Part shown: piece by piece, positions 1 through 8,401 of the stretch | Layout: each line of letters begins with the position of its first letter | Position numbering within the stretch: position 1 is the stretch's first letter | Source: Solobacterium sp. | GTDB lineage: Bacteria > Bacillota_I > Bacilli_A > Erysipelotrichales > Erysipelotrichaceae | Reading direction: 5' to 3' | NCBI GenBank assembly: GCA_017419465.1 | Contig: JAFOLE010000066.1 | Coordinates: 1-44,753, forward strand | Length of the DNA: 44,753 nt | Notes under the pieces: model-generated | What the model was told of the DNA's origin: nothing | What the model saw: the letters and a program-made list of their open reading frames with translations, nothing else | Databases searched by the model: none | Program-made: the position numbers and the translations under genes

Positions 1-10
1 AACGGAGACT

Positions 11-16
11 TATAAT
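11..16 (+). promoter_or_regulatory. Sigma-A -10 box (TATAAT) for the PAI-like gene; -35 lies outside the window
   Basis: Perfect TATAAT about 30 nt upstream of the start, followed by SD GGAGG at 38-42. Confidence 0.55.
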
Positions 17-45
17 GAAAACAGAGATAAATCTATCGGAGGATA

Positions 46-1404
46 ATGATGGATAAGAACATTAAAATCTGCATCATCGGCGGAGGCCCCGCCGGACTTT
101 CCGCAGGCATGTATCTCGAGAAGAAGGGTTATGAAAACTACACCATTCTCGAGAGAAATGACCATGTCGGAGGCAAGTGCCACAGCCCGCACTATAACGG
201 ACGCCGTTATGAAATGGGCGCAATCATGGGTGTTCCTTCTTACTATGCAGTTCACGACGTTGAGGAATTCTGCGGCATTACCCATGACGGACCTCAGCTG
301 AACCGTAATTATAAAGACCGCAGCGGAAACGTCATTGAACCGTTTGAACCGAAAAAGAACATTCTGAAGATCCCGCGTCTCATGAAGATGAAGAAGCAGG
401 TTACTGAGCTTGGCCGTATTCTCGAGACAAAGTACAAGGGATATGATGTCAACGGACACCGCGGTGTTGCGCAGGGCCGTTATGACGGCTTCGCAGTTAC
501 CCCGGAGCGTGAACCGATCAGCGGAACCAACGAGAACCTCAAGGATCTCGCAATGCCGTTCAAGGACTGGTGTGAACTGAATCATGTCGAACTGACCCAG
601 GACATCTGGATCGGTCCGTTCACCTCCTTCGGCTATGGCTACTTTGATGAAATCCCGGCAGCGTATGTCCTGAAGTATCTGGACTTCCAGACCTGCATGA
701 ACTTTGTCCGCATCAACCTCTGGACATGGAAAGAGGGAACACAGTTCATCTGGGAAAGCCTGAACGACAAGCTCAAGAACCATGCACGTCTCAACTCCAA
801 GATCACCAAGGTTGAGCGTAAGGACGGCAAGGTTTATGTCACTGTCAACGGTGAAGTGGAAGAGTATGACAAGCTGATCATCACATCCCCGCTCCAGTTC
901 TTCCCGGACTATGCGGATGCACGTGAGGATGAGAAGAAGTACTTCTCCAAGATCGAATACGAACGCTATGACGTTCTGGCAGTTGAGACCCGTCCGGAAG
1001 ATCATCCGGAGATCTCCTACTATGTATTCGACAACATGACACCGGACCGTCTCGGACATCTGATGGTTTATTACAGAAGATGGAGGGACACCAAGGATCA
1101 GGTCATCACAACCTATGCGCTCCGCAAGCATAAGAACAGCGAAGAGATTCCGTATGATGCGTGCAGACAGATGGTTCTCGAAGACCTCAAGGTCATGAAG
1201 AACCCGGCTTCCAATGTCGTCAACGAGCAGAGCTGGTACTACTTCCCGCATGTCTTCTCCGAAGATTACGCGGCAGGCTGGTATGATGACGTTGAGGCAA
1301 TGCAGGGCAAATACGACACCTACTACGCAGGTGAAGTCATGTCGTTCGGTGACATGGACGAAACTGCAGAATATTCCAGAGAACTGGTTGAACGTTTCTT
1401 CTGA
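46..1404 (+). CDS. pai: FAD-dependent polyunsaturated fatty acid (linoleate) isomerase, PAI homologue
   Basis: Rossmann GGGPAG motif. Long near-identical blocks with C. acnes PAI as I recall it: YTILERxDHVGGKCHSP, GRRYEMGAIMGVPSY, PFTxFGYG, PAAYVLKYLDF, RLGHxMVYY, WYYFPHV, YAGExMSFG. SD GGAGG at 38-42; the true start may be ATG 49. Confidence 0.85.
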   Translation: MMDKNIKICIIGGGPAGLSAGMYLEKKGYENYTILERNDHVGGKCHSPHYNGRRYEMGAIMGVPSYYAVHDVEEFCGITHDGPQLNRNYKDRSGNVIEPFEPKKNILKIPRLMKMKKQVTELGRILETKYKGYDVNGHRGVAQGRYDGFAVTPEREPISGTNENLKDLAMPFKDWCELNHVELTQDIWIGPFTSFGYGYFDEIPAAYVLKYLDFQTCMNFVRINLWTWKEGTQFIWESLNDKLKNHARLNSKITKVERKDGKVYVTVNGEVEEYDKLIITSPLQFFPDYADAREDEKKYFSKIEYERYDVLAVETRPEDHPEISYYVFDNMTPDRLGHLMVYYRRWRDTKDQVITTYALRKHKNSEEIPYDACRQMVLEDLKVMKNPASNVVNEQSWYYFPHVFSEDYAAGWYDDVEAMQGKYDTYYAGEVMSFGDMDETAEYSRELVERFF

Positions 1405-1433
1405 GAAACAGCACACCATTCATGAATGTTAAA

Positions 1434-1467
1434 GGGCATCCGGCAGCCGCCGGATGTTCTTTTTTTT
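1434..1467 (+). terminator. Rho-independent terminator after the PAI-like gene
   Basis: GGGCATCCGGC-agcc-GCCGGATGTTC followed by T8. Confidence 0.85.
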
Positions 1468-1581
1468 GGACAGAAAATGAAAACTGTACGAAAGAATTGT
1501 GAAAATTATTGTTTTGTTTGCATAAATATGTAAAAAATAACAATATGTTTCATTTTTCTGACAGAAGGAAGGGAGGCGGAC

Positions 1582-2928
1582 ATGAACATTTCAGAAGAAT
1601 ATATGAATCAGCAGGCGGATCTGCTTGTAAAGAATGACAGTGTAAGCAGAGAGCTGTTTGATGAATATGGCGTAAAAAAGGGACTGCGTGATGAAACCGG
1701 CGCAGGTGTACTGACCGGACTGACGAGAATCTCCACGGTAAATGCCTTTCGTATGGCCGACGGTGTAAAAACGCCGTGCGAAGGAGAACTGCGCTACCGC
1801 GGCTACGATGTAAAAGATCTTGTAAGAGATGCGGCAGGAAAACGGTTCATCTATGAAGAAGCCGCATACCTTCTGCTGTTCGGAGAACTGCCGACCGCAG
1901 AGAAGCTTGAAGCCTTCCGCGCAAACCTTGCGGAGCTGACGCAGCTGCCGACTAATTTCACCCGGGATGTCATCATGAAGGCACCGAGCGAAGATATCAT
2001 GAACTCAATGACCCGCAGTATCCTGACGCTTGCCTCATATGACAGCCGCAAGGAGGATCTCTCGATAAGCAATGTCCTCCGTCAGAGCATGATGCTGATA
2101 GCGGTATTCCCGATGCTGGCGGTGTACGGCTACCATGCGCATAACCACTATGACTCCGAAGACAGCATGTATATTCACCGTCCGGATACCTCGCTTACGA
2201 CAGCAGAAAACTTTCTGCGTCTTCTGCGTCCGGACATGCAGTTTACCGATCTGGAAGCGCGTGTGCTCGATCTTGCGCTTCTGCTTCATATGGAACACGG
2301 CGGCGGAAACAACTCCACCTTTACGACACGTGTCGTGACTTCCGCGGGAACGGATACCTATTCCGCCATTGCGGCGGCGATGTCTTCCCTGAAAGGACAT
2401 AAGCACGGCGGTGCGAATCTGCAGGTCGTAAGAATGATGGACGATATCCGCACGCATGTATCCGACTATGAAGATCAGGACGAGATTGCCGCATACCTTC
2501 GTAAAATCGTGCGGAAGGAAGCCTATGACGGAAAAGGACTGATCTACGGCATGGGGCATGCGATCTACTCGCTGTCCGATCCCCGTGAACAGATTCTCCG
2601 TACCTTTGCGGCACAGCTTGCCAGAGCAAAAGGCCTCGACAGGGAACTGGCGCTCTACACCAATATCGAACAGGCTGCCCCGAAGGTCATTGCCGAAGAG
2701 CGGAAGATCTACAAGGGGGTATGTCCGAACGTCGACTTCTACAGCGGATTTGTGTATGAGATGCTGGGAATCCCGCGCGAGCTGTTCACACCGCTCTTTG
2801 CGATTGCGCGGATCACCGGATGGAGTGCACACCGCCTCGAAGAACTGGTGACCATGGACAAGATTATCCGTCCTGCCTATCGGAGCGTTGCGGAAGACCG
2901 CGGCTATATCCCGATGGAAGAACGATGA
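1582..2928 (+). CDS. gltA: Citrate synthase (citrate/2-methylcitrate synthase family)
   Basis: Motifs LRYRGY, EHGGGNNSTF, HGGAN, GMGHAIY, PNVDFYSG, ARITGWSAH; SD GGGAGG. Confidence 0.9.
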   Translation: MNISEEYMNQQADLLVKNDSVSRELFDEYGVKKGLRDETGAGVLTGLTRISTVNAFRMADGVKTPCEGELRYRGYDVKDLVRDAAGKRFIYEEAAYLLLFGELPTAEKLEAFRANLAELTQLPTNFTRDVIMKAPSEDIMNSMTRSILTLASYDSRKEDLSISNVLRQSMMLIAVFPMLAVYGYHAHNHYDSEDSMYIHRPDTSLTTAENFLRLLRPDMQFTDLEARVLDLALLLHMEHGGGNNSTFTTRVVTSAGTDTYSAIAAAMSSLKGHKHGGANLQVVRMMDDIRTHVSDYEDQDEIAAYLRKIVRKEAYDGKGLIYGMGHAIYSLSDPREQILRTFAAQLARAKGLDRELALYTNIEQAAPKVIAEERKIYKGVCPNVDFYSGFVYEMLGIPRELFTPLFAIARITGWSAHRLEELVTMDKIIRPAYRSVAEDRGYIPMEER

Positions 2929-2930
2929 AG

Positions 2931-2956
2931 AAAACGGAAGGCGCGCCTTCCGTTTT
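2931..2956. terminator. Bidirectional terminator between convergent gltA and gntR
   Basis: Perfect palindrome AAAACGGAAGG-cgcg-CCTTCCGTTTT. Confidence 0.8.
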
Positions 2957-2992
2957 AAGGTGGTATGGAAATCAGATTGAGTGATCTGATAT

Positions 2993-3709
2993 TCAGCGGC
3001 GGTTTTTCGTCAGCTCGAAGAACATCGTGATTTCATCATGCAGGAATGCGAGCGATTTTTCCGCATCCTTCTGCTGGATCACGGTGAGCAGATCTGTCAT
3101 CAGTTTCATGCAGGTTTCGCGCCCAAGGGACCGGATTGCATACTCCCAGTAGGCCAGTGTGACAACCCGGAAGGAATTGAAGAGCAGGGGAAGGATGAAG
3201 TTCCCGGATACGAAACAGATATCGTGATGAAAATCAAAGAAGCTGACTGCGAGTGCGCGGTTGTCCGCCTGGCTGCGGGCAATTGCCTCACTGGCGGAAA
3301 CATCCATCTGAAGGATCCGGAATGATTCGGGTGTCAGACAGTTCGCCAGCATTTCCAGCGCCTTGCCTTCGATCGCCATCCGCATTTCCAGCATGTCCTT
3401 CATGCGGTCACGGTCCAGGAAGCTTTCACTGCTGTAGCTCATCAACAGGTTCAGCGTTTCAATCGTACCGTTTTTCGTGTAGTCACTGACAAACGTTCCC
3501 TGACGTGCATGGGTTTCCACAAACCCCAGGCGTTCCAGCTCTGCCATCGCAAAATGGACGGCGGATTTGGAAATTCTTGCCTGTGCGGCCAGTTCGCGTT
3601 CACTCGGCAGTTTTTCGCCCGGCCTAAGTTCGCCGCGGATGATCATTCCGGTAATTTTCTGGATAAACAGTTCTTTTACGGTAGGCGCTTCAATGATTCC
3701 GATGTCCAT
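2993..3709 (-). CDS. GntR-family transcriptional regulator, FadR subfamily (wHTH + FCD)
   Basis: N-terminal LRPGEKLPSERELA...GTFV; C-terminal R-x3-E and FHHDI...SGN typical of the FCD domain; SD GGAGGG. Confidence 0.9.
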   Translation of the reverse strand: MDIGIIEAPTVKELFIQKITGMIIRGELRPGEKLPSERELAAQARISKSAVHFAMAELERLGFVETHARQGTFVSDYTKNGTIETLNLLMSYSSESFLDRDRMKDMLEMRMAIEGKALEMLANCLTPESFRILQMDVSASEAIARSQADNRALAVSFFDFHHDICFVSGNFILPLLFNSFRVVTLAYWEYAIRSLGRETCMKLMTDLLTVIQQKDAEKSLAFLHDEITMFFELTKNRR

Positions 3710-3723
3710 AAACCCTCCAACTC

Positions 3724-3734
3724 TGGTCAGACCA
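3724..3734. promoter_or_regulatory. FadR-subfamily operator 1 (TGGTCAGACCA) in the gntR 5' UTR
   Basis: TGGT-N3-ACCA palindrome between a minus-strand promoter (TTGTTT 3779-3774, 17 bp, TACACT 3756-3751) and the gntR SD. Confidence 0.7.
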
Positions 3735-3823
3735 TAGTCCAGTTAAGATCAGTGTAGCGGATAATGTTGTGCAAAACAATGCGAGACACTCATTTATTAA
3801 AATCGCGCAGGTATTTTTCGTCA

Positions 3824-3845
3824 TATAATGAGATTGGTTAAACCA
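3824..3845 (+). promoter_or_regulatory. -10 box (TATAAT 3824-3829) and FadR-subfamily operator 2 (TGGTTAAACCA 3835-3845)
   Basis: Second TGGT-N3-ACCA palindrome over the predicted transcription start, just before SD AGAAAGGA. Confidence 0.7.
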
Positions 3846-3859
3846 GAAAGGAAAATCCT

Positions 3860-5419
3860 ATGGCATTCTATAAAGATAATTATGATGTGATTGTCATCGG
3901 CGGCGCGCTGGCCGGAATGAGCTGCGCAATGCGGCTTGCCTCGGAAGGAAAGTCGGTCCTCGTGCTGGAACGGCATAACCTGCCGGGCGGCGTCGCCACA
4001 AGTTTTGTCCGCAGCGGTATTGAAATGGAGGCAACGCTCCATGAAATGATGTCGCTCGGTCCGGTGGAAGATCCCCTGTATATCCGCAAATATCTCGATG
4101 AGATGAAGGTTGCCATTGACTGGCTGCGGGTTCCGGAAGCGTATGAACTGTATTCTCCGGAAGACAATATTGATATTGAACTGCATGCCGGCCGCAGAAG
4201 CGACGGCACATGGGTATGCGCAGATGAAATCGAAGCGCAGTATCCCGGCACCAGAGCCGAGGTCAACCGCCTGCTGGAACTCTGCCTCAGCGTTTATAAT
4301 TCCACGCTGTTCCTCAACGAGCACAGCCTGTCCAAACTGCAGATGCTGCTGAAACACGAGGCACTCGTCAAGACCGCCGGCTATTCCGCAAAGGAAGTGC
4401 TGGATACGGCGTTTGTTCTGCCGGAGCCAGTCAAGAAGATTCTCAGTGCGTACTGGATCTATGTCGGTCAGCCGCTCAGCACGCTGCCGTTTACGATTTA
4501 CTCGTTCCTGATGGCGGACTACATGATGGGCGGAAGCTATGTCGCAAGAGGCTTCTCGCATGAGATGGCAATGGCGATGCAGAACCGCTGTGAAGAACTC
4601 GGCGTTCAGTTTGAGTACTGCCAGAACGTGGAAAAGATCCTGGTAAAGGACGGTCATGTCTACGGTGTCCGCACGTCCCGCGGTGATGAGATTCACGCCC
4701 GCTATGTCGCAAGCGCACCGTATCCCAACACGGTATACGGAAAGATGATCGAGCCGCAGTCGGAAGTCCCGGCACAGGCACGGAAATATGCAAATGCGAT
4801 GCCGATGTCAGTGACCAACTTCTCGGTGGTTCTTCTGCTCGATAAGAAGCCGGAAGATCTTAACATCAGATCCTATTCCGTATTCTCCAGTGAAGTGCCG
4901 TTTGATACGGATGTCTTCTGGGCGCAGGGAAAGAAGCTCGGAAACTGGAGTTATCTCACGACGATCTGTCTGAACTATGCAAATCCGGATGCCGTTCCGG
5001 AAGGCATGACCAGTCTTTCCATCACAAACCTGCCGCTTCCGGAGGCATTCGCGGAAGTCAATGCGGATAACTACTATGAGATGAAGCGGACCATCGCAAA
5101 GCAGATGATCGATACCGTCAGCAAGCGTCTCGGCGTCAACCTGCTTGACCATGTACAGGAAATCGAAGTGGAATCCCCGATGACCATTGCCCGCTACACA
5201 GGTATGTATCAGGGCGGCATCTACGGGTACCAGCACTCCATGGTCAACTCGGTTGTCGGACGTCTGGAAGATGTCGAGCGTGAACAGTACATCAAGGGTC
5301 TTGTCGGCTGCGCAAGCCATCAGCTTGTCGGCGACGGCATGGCCTGCAATATCAACAACGGAAAGATCGCTTCCAAGATGATTCTGGAAGAAATGAAGAA
5401 GGAGGCTGCCGCAAAATGA
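3860..5419 (+). CDS. Phytoene desaturase / retinol saturase-like (CrtI superfamily) FAD-dependent oxidoreductase
   Basis: YDVIVIGGALAG Rossmann fold, LERHNLPGGVATSFVR, ESPMTIARYTGMYQGGIYG; 519 aa. Confidence 0.8.
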   Translation: MAFYKDNYDVIVIGGALAGMSCAMRLASEGKSVLVLERHNLPGGVATSFVRSGIEMEATLHEMMSLGPVEDPLYIRKYLDEMKVAIDWLRVPEAYELYSPEDNIDIELHAGRRSDGTWVCADEIEAQYPGTRAEVNRLLELCLSVYNSTLFLNEHSLSKLQMLLKHEALVKTAGYSAKEVLDTAFVLPEPVKKILSAYWIYVGQPLSTLPFTIYSFLMADYMMGGSYVARGFSHEMAMAMQNRCEELGVQFEYCQNVEKILVKDGHVYGVRTSRGDEIHARYVASAPYPNTVYGKMIEPQSEVPAQARKYANAMPMSVTNFSVVLLLDKKPEDLNIRSYSVFSSEVPFDTDVFWAQGKKLGNWSYLTTICLNYANPDAVPEGMTSLSITNLPLPEAFAEVNADNYYEMKRTIAKQMIDTVSKRLGVNLLDHVQEIEVESPMTIARYTGMYQGGIYGYQHSMVNSVVGRLEDVEREQYIKGLVGCASHQLVGDGMACNINNGKIASKMILEEMKKEAAAK

Positions 5420-6603
5420 AAGTCAAAGGTTTTCTGAAAGACGTTACCGGTGCCAGCCGCGTCACAAACGCAAGACGGAAACTGATTGAAAGCGGAAGCC
5501 CGGAAAACAATTACCGTGATCATATCCGCGAAGTTGCGGATGAACTCCATCCCAAGGCAACCCGTATCGTTGTCACAAAGGTCGAAGACGTATCTCCGAC
5601 CGCACGCCGCTTCACCTTTGAGGCGACTGACGGTGACAAACTTCCGCCGTTTCAGGCCGGACAGTACGCATCGCTTGATCTTGAGATCAACGGAACACTG
5701 ACGACACGTCCGTATTCCATCTCCAGTGCACCGTTTGAGGCGCGCACCGGCGAACATCCGTTCTTCCAGCTGACGATCCGCAACGGCCGTCCGGAAACCG
5801 GATTTGCCGCAAACTGGCTGTACGCAAACCTGAAGGAAGGCGATAAGCTGACGGCACATCTTCCGTTCGGCGAATTCCATTTTGAACCGCTCCGCGATTC
5901 AAAGCATGTTGTGGCACCTGCCGGCGGCAGCGGCATCACGCCGTTCTATGCCATGGCCAAGGAAATCGAGCACGGCACACTGGATATGGATCTCACGATT
6001 CTCTACGGTTCCGTTTCCACGAAGGACATCATCCTCGAACAGCAGCTGAAGGCGATTCAGAGCGACCGCGTGAAATTTGTGAATGTCATCAGCGGGGATG
6101 AGGAATACGACGGTGAAAAGGGTTTCCTGAGCCGTGATCTGATTAAAAAGTATTCCGCGGAGGATACGACATACTTTGTCTGCGGACCGCTGCCGATGTA
6201 TCACTTTGTCAAAGGCGAGCTCGAAGCACTGCATGTGCCGGCACGCCGCATCCGCATGGAAGTCTTCGGCGCACCGCGCGATGTCACCGCAGCGGAAGGC
6301 TATCCGAAGGACTTTGAGCCGAAGAAATTCAAGCTGACGGTACTGCGCGGTATTCAGAAAGATGTAATCGAGGCGGATTCGAGAGAACCGCTGACGGTTG
6401 CCTTGGAACGCGCGGGAATCAAAAACAACAGCCGCTGCCGTTCCGGCGCGTGCGGTTTCTGCCGTACGAAGCTGGTCAGCGGAGACGTATTCGTCCCGGC
6501 TGAAGGCGATGGCCGCCGCCGGGCAGACAAGCAGTTCGGCTATGTACATGCCTGCAGCACATGGCCGCTCAGCGACTGCACGATCCGGATTCCGATTCTC
6601 TGA
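5416..6603 (+). CDS. FNR-type FAD/NAD(P)-binding reductase with C-terminal [2Fe-2S] ferredoxin domain
   Basis: FQAGQY, RPYSISS, AGGSGITP, FVCGP, CRSGACGFC...HAC; ATGA overlap with the upstream gene indicates translational coupling. Confidence 0.85.
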   Translation: MKVKGFLKDVTGASRVTNARRKLIESGSPENNYRDHIREVADELHPKATRIVVTKVEDVSPTARRFTFEATDGDKLPPFQAGQYASLDLEINGTLTTRPYSISSAPFEARTGEHPFFQLTIRNGRPETGFAANWLYANLKEGDKLTAHLPFGEFHFEPLRDSKHVVAPAGGSGITPFYAMAKEIEHGTLDMDLTILYGSVSTKDIILEQQLKAIQSDRVKFVNVISGDEEYDGEKGFLSRDLIKKYSAEDTTYFVCGPLPMYHFVKGELEALHVPARRIRMEVFGAPRDVTAAEGYPKDFEPKKFKLTVLRGIQKDVIEADSREPLTVALERAGIKNNSRCRSGACGFCRTKLVSGDVFVPAEGDGRRRADKQFGYVHACSTWPLSDCTIRIPIL

Positions 6604-6612
6604 TTCATTATC

Positions 6613-6651
6613 TGCGGAGCCTTCCTTCCGAAGGTTCCGCATTTTCTTTTT
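6613..6651 (+). terminator. Rho-independent terminator
   Basis: TGCGGAGCCTT...AAGGTTCCGCA followed by TTTTCTTTTT. Confidence 0.8.
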
Positions 6652-6711
6652 GCCTGCGCCGGAAAGCGCGCTAGAATCATACTTGCGATAAAACGAAACG
6701 GAGGGGTTGTC

Positions 6712-6981
6712 ATGTATTATGTACCGGAGGGAACGGAACGCTGCGGATTTTATGAATGTGCCGCATGCGGGACACGGTTTCTGGATGTGAAGGTCATGCC
6801 GCGCATGGTCTGTCCGTACTGCGGGGAACAGCCGGATATGGAACTTGGACCGGATGATGCACTGCCGGACGTGAAGGAAGACGCCGTACTGCTCGAAGTG
6901 ATCGAGGGTGCGGAAAATGTGGAGAAATATGATACGCTGCTTTCCCTTGCGGTAACCGGCGGGGACTACAGCTGGATCTGA
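6712..6981 (+). CDS. Small hypothetical zinc-ribbon protein
   Basis: CAAC...CPYC Cys pairs, acidic tail, SD GGAGGGG. Confidence 0.7.
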   Translation: MYYVPEGTERCGFYECAACGTRFLDVKVMPRMVCPYCGEQPDMELGPDDALPDVKEDAVLLEVIEGAENVEKYDTLLSLAVTGGDYSWI

Positions 6982-7026
6982 TGTATGGCAGAGCAGGGCT
7001 GGCCTGAATTATAATGGAAACACTTT

Positions 7027-7848
7027 ATGAAACGAAATCTTAAATATGCCATCGTGCTTTGTATGCTTGCGGTGCTGGACGCAGTCCTGCTTTTTCTGTT
7101 GCTGAAGCCGGCAGAGAAGCCTGCGGAGCCGCTTCCGGAAGTAACCGCAGAGCCCTCACCGACACCGACTGCGGAACCGCTGGAAGTTTATGAATATGAC
7201 AGCGCATCCCTGCAGAAGCTCCGTGCGGAACTGCAGGAAGATCAGGGAATCAATCCGGATGTACGTGCGCTGCTCTGTTTTCAGAGCGGACTGATTCATG
7301 CGCCGGTGCTTCAGAGCACGGACGTGAATGAGTATCTGTACAAGGACTGGAAAACCGGAGAGTATCTTTCCTACGGATCCATTACGCTGGAGCCGGAGAA
7401 TGATCTGATGCGGGATGATCAGAATACGATTATCTACGGTCATTACATTTATGAATTCCGCAATCCGGACCGGACGCTTGCCTTCACGCCGCTTGCGGAA
7501 CTGATGGATCAGAAGAACTGGGAACCGAACCGCTATCTTTCGCTGGTGACGGAACAGGATATCCGCTACTGTGAAGTTGTTTCGGTATTTGAGTGTCCGC
7601 TTGAAACCGTAGATGGATACCAGTACACCATGGAAGGCTTTGAATACAATCTGATGTCGTATACGAAAGAGTATATGGCGCAGTATAAGGCGAATATCAA
7701 GGCCCATGAATATTACGATACCGGGGTGGATTTTGATGAGACAGATCATTTCATCACCCTGCAGACATGTATTGAAGGAAACAATGATTCCCGGCAGATT
7801 ATCCTGTGCCGGGAAGTAGAGCGCATCGTGTTTGATGAAGAGGAATGA
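7027..7848 (+). CDS. srtB: Class B sortase
   Basis: N-terminal TM anchor, P/T stalk, IIYGH, TLQTC catalytic motif and downstream Arg. Confidence 0.8.
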   Translation: MKRNLKYAIVLCMLAVLDAVLLFLLLKPAEKPAEPLPEVTAEPSPTPTAEPLEVYEYDSASLQKLRAELQEDQGINPDVRALLCFQSGLIHAPVLQSTDVNEYLYKDWKTGEYLSYGSITLEPENDLMRDDQNTIIYGHYIYEFRNPDRTLAFTPLAELMDQKNWEPNRYLSLVTEQDIRYCEVVSVFECPLETVDGYQYTMEGFEYNLMSYTKEYMAQYKANIKAHEYYDTGVDFDETDHFITLQTCIEGNNDSRQIILCREVERIVFDEEE

Positions 7849-7852
7849 ACGG

Positions 7853-8401
7853 ATGGAACTGAAGGAAACGACAATCAGCGAAACGACTGTATATGACGGT
7901 CATATCATCAAGGTACGCCTTGATGAGGCAAAGCTCCCGGACGGGTCAACCGCACCGCGCGAGGTGGTGGTACACCCGGGCGGAGTCGGCATTGCGCTTG
8001 AGGATGAAGAAGGAAAATTCTTCTTTGTCACACAGTACCGCTACGGACAGGGACAGGTCATGCTGGAATATCCGGCCGGCAAGAAAGAGCCGGGTGAAGA
8101 TCCGCTGGAAACCGCAAAGCGTGAAATCGTGGAGGAGACCGGCTATGAGGGACTCGGGTTCGTTCACCTGGGCTCGCTTGTTCCGACGCCTGCCTATGAC
8201 ACGGAAGTAATTGAACTGTATTACGCAAAACAGGGAGAATTCCGCGGTCAGCACCTGGATGCGGATGAAAACATCAATCTGACCAGACTTTCTCTGGATG
8301 AAATCACCGAACGGATCGTCCGGGGAGAAGTTACGGATGCCAAGACGGTTGCGATGACATTCCTGATCAAGGAGTTTAAAGAGCGGGGGACGATCGCCTG
8401 A
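7853..8401 (+). CDS. nudF: NUDIX hydrolase, ADP-ribose pyrophosphatase type
   Basis: REVVVHPGGV, QYRY, Nudix box GKKEPGEDPLETAKREIVEETG, DAKT; start moved to ATG 7853 behind GAGGA. Confidence 0.85.
   Translation: MELKETTISETTVYDGHIIKVRLDEAKLPDGSTAPREVVVHPGGVGIALEDEEGKFFFVTQYRYGQGQVMLEYPAGKKEPGEDPLETAKREIVEETGYEGLGFVHLGSLVPTPAYDTEVIELYYAKQGEFRGQHLDADENINLTRLSLDEITERIVRGEVTDAKTVAMTFLIKEFKERGTIA

Noticed and set aside
46-1404. Oleate hydratase/MCRA, amine oxidase or protoporphyrinogen oxidase as the identity of the first gene
   Set aside because: Only the Rossmann motif is shared; the length and internal blocks match PAI instead.
10-1419. 469-aa minus-strand ORF, and similar long antisense ORFs (9637-11202, 27031-28893, 35429-37999, 43399-44745)
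   Set aside because: They mirror well-supported genes on the opposite strand, lack motifs and SDs, and are expected from biased codon usage.
3860-5419. Carotenoid biosynthesis (crtI/crtN)
   Set aside because: No phytoene or dehydrosqualene synthase or prenyltransferase is nearby, and coupling to a reductase points to reductive chemistry.
5416-6603. PaaE/Hcr or aromatic oxygenase reductase
   Set aside because: The domain order fits, but no oxygenase or hcp genes are in the window.
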